Of a stretch of 5,096 bases of DNA, positions 1-5,096 are shown in pieces. The position numbers were made by a program, and so were the translations under genes. The notes under the pieces were generated by a model. That model ran no database searches. It saw only the letters and a list, made by a program, of their open reading frames with translations, and had not been told where the DNA came from. Source of the stretch: a virus; IMG/VR virus record IMGVR_UViG_3300017613_000229, positions 1 to 5,096 of that record, one strand, 5' to 3'. Position 1 is the stretch's first letter. Each line of letters begins with the position of its first letter.

Positions 1-121
1 CTTCCTTATCAGCGCAAGAAAAAAATATTGTCATTCAAATGGCAGAAATGGATTTAGCTATTCTTACTCAACCCGATTCGGGTGAAATGTATAGAAAATT
101 AAAATTATTAAAAGGAGTTAA
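1..121 (+). repeat. Terminal redundancy, left copy of a 121-nt direct repeat marking a circular genome
   Basis: By eye, 1..121 (cttccttatcagcgcaagaaaaaaatattg...aaaggagttaa) matches 4976..5096 exactly. The repeat lies inside a continuous reading frame (VP2). Confidence 0.9.
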
Positions 122-209
122 CGTAGGAAGTGCCGCTGCAGTTGCAGGAGGCACAGCAATGGAAGGATGGAAAATGATATTAAATAAAGTATTACAATTC
201 GCTAATTAA
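1..209 (+). CDS. VP2: VP2 minor capsid / DNA pilot protein, C-terminal part (continuation of 4411..4975 across the circular junction; first full codon at nt 3)
   Basis: The open frame runs from the window edge: ..[68 protein letters not shown], with stop TAA at 207..209. Joining 4411..4975 to 1..209 gives 774 nt, exactly 258 codons (257 aa plus stop), so the join is in frame. It is missing from the ORF track because it has no start codon in this copy. Confidence 0.85.
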   Translation, partial: SLSAQEKNIVIQMAEMDLAILTQPDSGEMYRKLKLLKGVNVGSAAAVAGGTAMEGWKMILNKVLQFAN

Positions 210-221
210 TCGGAGATAAAC

Positions 222-683
222 ATGGAAATTCCATTTACTACAGCATATGGCGCAAAATTAAAGGTTCAATCTATTAATAATGATCCTTCAATGACTAAAC
301 AAAGTCTTAAAGACGATGCAGACGTCAATAAAATAATTAAACGCTATAATAAAACTGGCGTTTTACCCAACATGAATAAATTAGAAGCCGTTTACGGCGA
401 AATAACATCACAAGACCTACAGGACGCTATAAATAAAGTAGACGCCTCATACGAAGCATTCGCAGAAGTTCCGGCACCAATTAGAGCACTATTTAACAAT
501 AATGCAGGAGACTTCATCGATTACGCAACAAATCCACAAAACATTAAACAGATGACAAATTGGGGCTTAGCTAAGCTCCCAGAACATCATGTAAACATTG
601 ACGGTACATTTAACCAGGACGGAGATATAACAACAGGAGGCGAAGCCGACGCTACTCCAAATCCAGTACCTAATCCAGCATAA
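222..683 (+). CDS. VP3: VP3 internal scaffolding protein (Chlamydia-phage/gokushovirus scaffold family)
   Basis: 153-aa ORF with GGAG at 212..215, 6 nt upstream of the ATG. The stretch PSMTKQSLKDDADVNKIIKRYNKTG...FAEVPAPIRALFNNNAGDFIDY resembles the conserved gokushovirus VP3 pattern (recognised from memory, not searched). It sits directly after VP2, as in known gokushoviruses. Confidence 0.85.
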   Translation: MEIPFTTAYGAKLKVQSINNDPSMTKQSLKDDADVNKIIKRYNKTGVLPNMNKLEAVYGEITSQDLQDAINKVDASYEAFAEVPAPIRALFNNNAGDFIDYATNPQNIKQMTNWGLAKLPEHHVNIDGTFNQDGDITTGGEADATPNPVPNPA

Positions 684-692
684 AATAAAACA

Positions 693-724
693 GGGAACAG
701 TTACTACTTGATGTAACTGTTCCC
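693..724 (+). promoter_or_regulatory. Perfect 12-bp stem / 8-nt loop hairpin; candidate (+)-strand origin nick-site hairpin and/or transcript 3' end structure
   Basis: gggaacagttac (693..704) is the exact reverse complement of gtaactgttccc (713..724). The loop is TACTTGAT (705..712). It lies 10 nt after the VP3 stop and has no T-tract after the stem. Confidence 0.6.
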
Positions 725-726
725 AC

Positions 727-743
727 TGACACCAAAAGTGTCA
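727..743 (+). promoter_or_regulatory. Second hairpin (6-bp stem, 5-nt loop) in the intergenic region
   Basis: tgacac (727..732) pairs with gtgtca (738..743); the loop is caaaa. Confidence 0.4.
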
Positions 744-751
744 AAAACAGA

Positions 752-778
752 GATATTTGCGCCTTAGCGCAACATATC
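752..778 (+). promoter_or_regulatory. Third hairpin (6-bp GC-rich core, extendable to 11 bp with one bulged C)
   Basis: ttgcgc (757..762) pairs with gcgcaa (767..772); the loop is ctta. The flanks gatat (752..756) and atatc (774..778) pair if c773 is bulged. Confidence 0.45.
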
Positions 779-793
779 AGCAAAAAAAACTAG

Positions 794-823
794 TAGACAG
801 TTAACAAAAAATATTATTATAAT
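794..823 (+). promoter_or_regulatory. Candidate sigma70-type promoter for the accessory cassette and downstream genes
   Basis: TAGACA (794..799, 5/6 match to TTGACA), an 18-nt spacer, then TATAAT (818..823, perfect -10). It lies in the only sizeable non-coding stretch, upstream of same-strand genes. Confidence 0.4.
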
Positions 824-913
824 TAAGCAACAGCTATAGTATTGATATTTAACACTTTATACATTATGCGCAGTTCGCATAATAAACTCTTAGAAATCAA
901 GGAGTTATATATT

Positions 914-1069
914 ATGAATTTATTCAAAGCAATTAGAATCGGTGTAGCAATTCTAGATTGGTATGAAGAAGCATCAGAAGATGACCAAATCACTGGAAAA
1001 GAAATAGGTGAATTATTAGCTAAAATTACAACTTCAGAACTAGCCCAACATATTAATATTGAGTTATGA
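914..1069 (+). CDS. Small acidic hypothetical protein (51 aa), translationally coupled to the downstream peptidase
   Basis: AAGGAG at 899..904 lies 9 nt upstream of ATG 914. The product is MNLFKAIRIGVAILDWYEEASEDDQITGKEIGELLAKITTSELAQHINIEL. Its stop TGA (1067..1069) overlaps the peptidase ATG (1066..1068) as ATGA. The track's 75-aa version begins at a TTG (842) with no SD. I recognise no family. Confidence 0.45.
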   Translation: MNLFKAIRIGVAILDWYEEASEDDQITGKEIGELLAKITTSELAQHINIEL

Positions 1070-1383
1070 ACATCGACTTCAAGGAAGGAGTAACACCAGA
1101 CAAGCTTAAAGCTATCACCTTTCGCGCAATATTTATTTGCGCAGAAGTATTCAATCGAAAAAATTATCAATTAATAATTACATCAACACACGAAGGCGAT
1201 CACCTTCCCAATAGTTATCATTATAACGGTCAAGCATTCGATATTCGCACCTGGCGAATCCCTCAAACCTTCTTACCTTCAATGTGCGCAAAATTAACTA
1301 AAGCACTTCATGAAATAGATACAGACTTTCAAGTCATCTTAGAACCAGACCATATACACATCGAACTAGACAACAGGAAATAA
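1066..1383 (+). CDS. M15-family / LAS-type zinc peptidase (VanY or L-Ala-D-Glu peptidase-like), putative peptidoglycan hydrolase (endolysin)
   Basis: The 105-aa ORF contains SYHYNGQAFD (aa 50-59, nt 1213..1242), which fits SxHxxGxAxD with the H-x6-D zinc ligands. It also contains DHIH (aa 95-98, nt 1348..1359), which fits the DxxH third-ligand motif. Spacing and order match small phage M15 endolysins. Assigned by motif only, with no search run. Confidence 0.75.
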   Translation: MNIDFKEGVTPDKLKAITFRAIFICAEVFNRKNYQLIITSTHEGDHLPNSYHYNGQAFDIRTWRIPQTFLPSMCAKLTKALHEIDTDFQVILEPDHIHIELDNRK

Positions 1384-1387
1384 AACT

Positions 1388-1498
1388 ATGAAACGTTATC
1401 CAACTAAAAACTCAAGCCAAAAATTTAGAAACACAGCAGGTCTACAGCACAAATTCAACACGCTAGCACCAATAGCAAGAGGCGGTACCCGGCTCTAA
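1388..1498 (+). CDS. Small basic DNA-binding/packaging protein (phiX174 J-like / gokushovirus ORF8-like), 36 aa
   Basis: AGGA at 1375..1378 lies 9 nt upstream of ATG 1388. The product MKRYPTKNSSQKFRNTAGLQHKFNTLAPIARGGTRL has 8 K/R, 1 H and no acidic residues. It ends in RGGTRL, resembling the RGGIR(L/F) C-terminus I recall for chlamydiaphage ORF8. It sits between VP3 and VP4, as ORF8 does. It is not in the ORF track, being too short. Confidence 0.6.
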   Translation: MKRYPTKNSSQKFRNTAGLQHKFNTLAPIARGGTRL

Positions 1499-1499
1499 T

Positions 1500-1515
1500 G
1501 TATTCATATGAATAC
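1500..1515. repeat. 16-bp perfect palindrome upstream of VP4
   Basis: gtattcatatgaatac is its own reverse complement, centred on CATATG. It lies 2 nt after the J-like stop and 66 nt before the VP4 ATG. Confidence 0.5.
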
Positions 1516-1581
1516 GAAAAACACGTTCTATTCTTAGCAGAATTAAACAATACAAAAATACCATATTATTACGGTGCCTAA

Positions 1582-2565
1582 ATGCCATGCTACACACCCT
1601 TAGACGCATACGAAATTACAAGCAAATCACACCAGAAACCCAACGGGAAGAAATCAATAGTATTCAAACGTCCTCAAGAAACTACATACAAGGAAATGCA
1701 AGTACCTTGCGGACAATGTATCGGGTGCAAACTACTACGCAGCGTTACATGGGCATCGAGATGCATGCACGAGGCTTCACTACATGAACACAATTCATTT
1801 ATTACTCTTACCTATGATGACCAAAACTTACCTCAAGATCATTCACTTAGGAAAGACCATTTTCAAAACTTTCTTAAACGATTTAGAAAAGCTATCCATC
1901 CGATCAAAATACGTTATCTTATGTGTGGCGAATACGGTGACGATTCTTGGCGTCCTCACTATCACGCAATTATCTTCGGCTATGACTTTACACAAGGAAT
2001 TAAATATAACAAACAATGGTGCGAACGTAGACAACAAGTACAATCAGCAGAAGTCGAAAATCCTTACTATATCTCTCCCCTGCTCTCAAAATTATGGCCA
2101 GATGGATTCCATATTATCGCAGACGTTACCTTTGATACAGCCGCATATGTCGCTAGATACTGCACAAAAAAAATTACAGGTGATGAAGCAGAAGCACACT
2201 ACACCAGGAACATACTTGACTGGAATGAGTACACAGGAGAAATATTCCACTTTCAAGAAGTACAACTGGAACCAGAATACGGAACCATGTCAAGAAGACC
2301 AGGCATTGGTAAAGAATGGTACGAAAAATATAAACAAGATTGTTACCCATCAAACTTCCTTATTAACGATGGACATAAAACACCCATACCAAAATATTAT
2401 GACAAATTATTAGAACAAGAAGACGAACTACAATTTAAAGCAATGAAAACAGCAAGAGAATTAGCACTAATAGCACATAAAGATGATTTAACGCCAGAAA
2501 GACTGGCACAGAGACACACAACTAAACTAGCTCAATACGGGCAACTGAGGAGAAACAAAATATGA
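1582..2565 (+). CDS. VP4: VP4 replication initiation protein (HUH rolling-circle endonuclease, Microviridae gene A family)
   Basis: The 327-aa ORF has an N-terminal Cys cluster PCGQCIGC. Motif 1 is FITLTY (1798..1815), the HUH motif is HYHAIIF (1957..1977), and the catalytic di-tyrosine motif YVARY followed by CTKK (Y-x3-Y) is at 2146..2160. Confidence 0.93.
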   Translation: MPCYTPLDAYEITSKSHQKPNGKKSIVFKRPQETTYKEMQVPCGQCIGCKLLRSVTWASRCMHEASLHEHNSFITLTYDDQNLPQDHSLRKDHFQNFLKRFRKAIHPIKIRYLMCGEYGDDSWRPHYHAIIFGYDFTQGIKYNKQWCERRQQVQSAEVENPYYISPLLSKLWPDGFHIIADVTFDTAAYVARYCTKKITGDEAEAHYTRNILDWNEYTGEIFHFQEVQLEPEYGTMSRRPGIGKEWYEKYKQDCYPSNFLINDGHKTPIPKYYDKLLEQEDELQFKAMKTARELALIAHKDDLTPERLAQRHTTKLAQYGQLRRNKI

Positions 2566-2819
2566 AAATTAATATGTATTCAGTATACGACGATAAAGCA
2601 AAAGTATATTCACAACCATTTACAGCTATCAATGATGAAGTAGCTCAAAGAATTATGAAAAATTGCGTAGATAATCCAGAACATAATTACGCGCTTAATC
2701 CAGAAGATTACAAACTATTTAAGATCAGCTCTTTCGATGATTCAAATGCAGTTATAGATCCAGATAAAATACCACTATTAGACCTTATTACTTTAAAACG
2801 TACGGAGCCAGAACAATGA
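2562..2819 (+). CDS. VP5: VP5-like small non-structural protein (conserved gokushovirus ORF between VP4 and VP1)
   Basis: The 85-aa ORF has GAGGAG at 2547..2552, 9 nt upstream of the ATG. Both ends overlap neighbours as ATGA (VP4 stop at 2563..2565, VP1 start at 2816). YSVYDDKAKVYSQPFTAINDEVAQRIM...NPEDYKLFKISSFDD resembles the conserved pattern at this position in gokushoviruses (from memory). Confidence 0.7.
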   Translation: MKINMYSVYDDKAKVYSQPFTAINDEVAQRIMKNCVDNPEHNYALNPEDYKLFKISSFDDSNAVIDPDKIPLLDLITLKRTEPEQ

Positions 2820-4411
2820 AATCAAACATGGTAAATAGATTTACTCAAACACCAGAGGCAAATACACCACGTTCAACTTTCGATATGTCACATGGACATA
2901 AAACAACCATAGACGTAGATTATTTATATCCAATATATATTGAAGAAGCTCTCCCAGGGGACACACTCAATGTAAACATGACTGGCTTTGCAAGACTCAA
3001 TACACCTATATTTCCTATTATGGATAATATGACAATGCAAACCTTCTTCTTCGAAGTACCCACTAGATTAGTATGGGAAAACTTTAGAGCATTTATGGGT
3101 GAAAGACATCCAGATCCAGATTCAACTATTGATTACACAGTTCCCCAAGCAGTCGCAACATCCTCCTCAAATTTGGTCGGTCTACTTAGCGACTATATGG
3201 GAATACCCATAGAAGTAGACGGCCTTTCTTATTCAAACTTATTTCATAGGTCATATAATATGATATGGAATGAGTGGTTCAGAGATCAAAACTTACAAGA
3301 TTCAGTTACAGTGGATACAGATGCGGGGCCAGATGCTCCCGCAGATTACGTCTTATTAAAAGCAAACAAACGACATGACTATTTCACATCAGCCCTACCC
3401 TGGCCACAAAAAGGAGATTCAGTAGATTTACCATTAGGTACATCAGCACCAGTTACAGGCATAGGCGCAGTAAATCAAACATTCAATACAGGACCATCAA
3501 CTGCTTATGAGACAGATGGAACCGGTACGGAATCATATGCAGATCATAAAAATATATGGGATGCAGGATCACAAAATCAAATATATATAGAAGAAGACCC
3601 AAACAATGCAGGCTTTCCAAATATTAGAGCAGATTTATCAGCAGCTACATCAGCAACAATTAATCAATTAAGAGAAGCATTTCAAATACAAAAACTTTTA
3701 GAACGAGATGCAAGAGGCGGTACCAGGTACACAGAAATAATCCGCTCACACTTCAATGTAACAAGCCCAGATGGTAGAGCATGGAGACCTGTATATCTCG
3801 GAGGCGGCAAATCTTATGTCAATATATCGCCAATTGCTCAAACTTCTTCTACAGATGTTACAACGCCCCAGGGAAACTTGGCTGCAATGGGTACTAGTGT
3901 TCTCGATAATCATGGCTTCACTAAGTCTTTCACTGAGCATAGTATTGTTATTGGTCTCGTATGCGTACGTGCAGACTTAACCTATCAACAAGGACTAAAC
4001 AGACATTTCAGCCGTTCAACACGTTATGATTACTACTGGCCTTCCCTATCAACTATTGGTGAACAAGAAGTACTTAATAAAGAAATATATGCTCAAAACG
4101 ATGCAAACGATGACTTAGTATTTGGCTATCAAGAACGCTATGCAGAATACCGCTACAAACCTTCCATGATAACCGGAAAAATGCGGTCAGCTATCGGAGC
4201 GCATACAGGCAGCCTTGACTCATGGCACTTAGCAGAAGAATTCGGCTCCCTACCCGCTTTAAACTCAACTTTTATCGCATCTAATACACCAGTCGATAGA
4301 GTAGTAGCAGTAACAGACGAGCCAGATTTCTTACTCGATACATTCTTCAATATCAAAGCAGCCAGACCTATGCCACTTTATGGCATTCCAGGCATGCTAG
4401 ACCACTTCTGA
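2816..4411 (+). CDS. VP1: VP1 major capsid protein (Microviridae F-type capsid, gokushovirus form)
   Basis: The 531-aa ORF has GGAG at 2804..2807, 8 nt upstream of the ATG. The N-terminus [32 protein letters not shown]...[33 protein letters not shown] is the hallmark gokushovirus VP1 signature. Size is typical. Confidence 0.95.
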   Translation: MKSNMVNRFTQTPEANTPRSTFDMSHGHKTTIDVDYLYPIYIEEALPGDTLNVNMTGFARLNTPIFPIMDNMTMQTFFFEVPTRLVWENFRAFMGERHPDPDSTIDYTVPQAVATSSSNLVGLLSDYMGIPIEVDGLSYSNLFHRSYNMIWNEWFRDQNLQDSVTVDTDAGPDAPADYVLLKANKRHDYFTSALPWPQKGDSVDLPLGTSAPVTGIGAVNQTFNTGPSTAYETDGTGTESYADHKNIWDAGSQNQIYIEEDPNNAGFPNIRADLSAATSATINQLREAFQIQKLLERDARGGTRYTEIIRSHFNVTSPDGRAWRPVYLGGGKSYVNISPIAQTSSTDVTTPQGNLAAMGTSVLDNHGFTKSFTEHSIVIGLVCVRADLTYQQGLNRHFSRSTRYDYYWPSLSTIGEQEVLNKEIYAQNDANDDLVFGYQERYAEYRYKPSMITGKMRSAIGAHTGSLDSWHLAEEFGSLPALNSTFIASNTPVDRVVAVTDEPDFLLDTFFNIKAARPMPLYGIPGMLDHF

Positions 4412-5096
4412 TGAAACATTTAAAACTACCTTACAAACAACTAGGCTTTATAGGAAGCCTAATATCAGCCGGCGCCAGCTTACTTGGTGGTGCCCTGGCT
4501 AATAGAGGCAGACAACAAGCAGCTTCAACAGTAGGACAATTTAATCAAGCATCATCAGCAACACAAATGGCATTCGAAGAAAGAATGTCAAACACAGCAC
4601 ATCAACGACAAGTAAAAGACTTAAGAGCAGCCGGACTTAATCCAATACTCTCAGCAAAATATGGCGGCGCATCAACACCACATGGATCCACTGCAACGAT
4701 GCCAATGTACGACCAACAAGATATATTCACACCTGCCGTTAATTCAGGCTTACAGGCATATCATACACAAAATCAAGGTGCTAAAATAAATACTGAGATA
4801 CAGCAAATGGAGCAAAACATTGAAGAATCCAAAGCAAAAGCCAATCTTAGTGACCATCAAGCACGAAAAATCAATTACGAGATTCCTAAAATTATTGCAG
4901 ATACTAATCTTTCTCGTGATTCTGGGCATAATATTCAAACAGATACTCAGTTAAAAAAACTGCAATCCGTTGTTACTTCCTTATCAGCGCAAGAAAAAAA
5001 TATTGTCATTCAAATGGCAGAAATGGATTTAGCTATTCTTACTCAACCCGATTCGGGTGAAATGTATAGAAAATTAAAATTATTAAAAGGAGTTAA
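4411..5096 (+). CDS. VP2: VP2 minor capsid / DNA pilot protein, N-terminal part (runs off the window end; unique part ends at 4975 and continues at nt 1)
   Basis: ATG 4411 overlaps the VP1 stop (TGATG). There is no stop through 5096. The N-terminus is Gly/Ala-rich and hydrophobic ([20 protein letters not shown]). It is followed by [29 protein letters not shown], the conserved gokushovirus VP2 motif, then a long heptad-like Q/E/K-rich segment. It is absent from the ORF track because it has no stop in the window. Confidence 0.85.
   Translation, partial: MKHLKLPYKQLGFIGSLISAGASLLGGALANRGRQQAASTVGQFNQASSATQMAFEERMSNTAHQRQVKDLRAAGLNPILSAKYGGASTPHGSTATMPMYDQQDIFTPAVNSGLQAYHTQNQGAKINTEIQQMEQNIEESKAKANLSDHQARKINYEIPKIIADTNLSRDSGHNIQTDTQLKKLQSVVTSLSAQEKNIVIQMAEMDLAILTQPDSGEMYRKLKLLKGV
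4976..5096 (+). repeat. Terminal redundancy, right copy of the 121-nt direct repeat
   Basis: Identical to 1..121 by eye. Confidence 0.9.

Noticed and set aside
1-121. The 121-nt terminal direct repeat as an LTR, a transposon end or a biological terminal redundancy
   Set aside because: The repeat is direct and lies wholly inside the VP2 frame, and joining the ends restores an in-frame 257-aa VP2. This is the signature of a circular contig with assembly overlap, not a mobile-element terminus.
693-733. The first hairpin as a canonical rho-independent terminator
   Set aside because: The stem is followed by actgacacc rather than a T-run, so it lacks the U-tract of intrinsic terminators. I kept it as a structural or origin candidate instead.
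842-913. N-terminal extension of the 75-aa ORF as listed in the track (it starts at TTG 842, not an ATG)
   Set aside because: There is no SD before 842, and it sits only about 12 nt after the predicted transcription start. The in-frame ATG at 914 has AAGGAG at ideal spacing, so I call 914..1069 instead.
1081-1090. The SD-like aaggaaggag just inside the peptidase ORF, as a possible alternative downstream start
   Set aside because: No ATG, GTG or TTG follows in frame at a usable distance, so the ATG at 1066 coupled to the upstream ORF remains the best start.
823-1170. 115-aa ORF on the minus strand, antisense to the small ORF and the peptidase gene
   Set aside because: Every recognisable gene is on the + strand, and Microviridae are known to transcribe one strand only. 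The product (MIIFSIEYFCANKYC...) has no motif I recognise. It overlaps two + strand ORFs that have an SD, coupling and a catalytic motif. It is most likely an antisense shadow ORF.
1843-2043. 66-aa minus-strand ORF inside VP4
   Set aside because: It is short, antisense to a well-supported gene and has no recognisable motif. It conflicts with the single-strand coding organisation.
2213-2219. A second ACTTGA-containing site (acttgac) inside VP4, considered as an origin by analogy with phiX174, whose origin lies inside gene A
   Set aside because: It matches only 6 of the 7 core bases (ACTTGAC versus ACTTGAT). I could see no flanking inverted repeat. At that length it is expected by chance.
3746-3940. 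64-aa minus-strand ORF inside VP1
   Set aside because: Same reasoning: an antisense shadow ORF within the capsid gene with no supporting signal.
4153-4356. 67-aa minus-strand ORF inside the 3' part of VP1
   Set aside because: An antisense shadow ORF with no supporting signal.
4750-4938. 62-aa hydrophobic minus-strand ORF inside VP2
   Set aside because: The hydrophobicity is expected from reverse-complementing an A-rich, K/Q/E-rich coding segment. It is antisense to VP2 and has no independent support.

Overview
The window is one complete circular genome of a Gokushovirinae-like Microviridae ssDNA phage. It was linearised inside the VP2 gene and carries a 121-nt terminal redundancy: 1..121 is identical to 4976..5096, so the unit length is 4975 nt. 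All credible genes are on the + strand and tightly packed. The order is VP2 (4411..4975 joined to 1..209), VP3 scaffold (222..683), a 230-nt non-coding region with three consecutive hairpins and a sigma70-like promoter, and a two-gene accessory insert. The insert is a small acidic ORF (914..1069) coupled to a 105-aa M15/LAS-type zinc peptidase (1066..1383). After it come a 36-aa basic J/ORF8-like protein (1388..1498, absent from the ORF track), VP4 replication initiator (1582..2565), a VP5-like small protein (2562..2819) and VP1 major capsid (2816..4411). Gene junctions repeatedly use ATGA/TGATG/TAATG overlaps. The most interesting items are four. First, a cell-wall peptidase cassette in a phage family with no established endolysin-type lysis module. 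Second, a perfect 12-bp stem-loop whose loop TACTTGAT contains the core of the phiX174 gene-A nick site. Third, a 209-codon alternative-frame ORF overprinted on the catalytic core of VP4. Fourth, small unannotated ORFs and a palindrome just upstream of VP4. The sequence looks AT-rich by eye, which I did not compute. Several genes have clear Shine-Dalgarno motifs (GGAG, AAGGAG, GAGGAG), pointing to an SD-using bacterial host. I saw no tRNA, rRNA, CRISPR array or transposon hallmarks.
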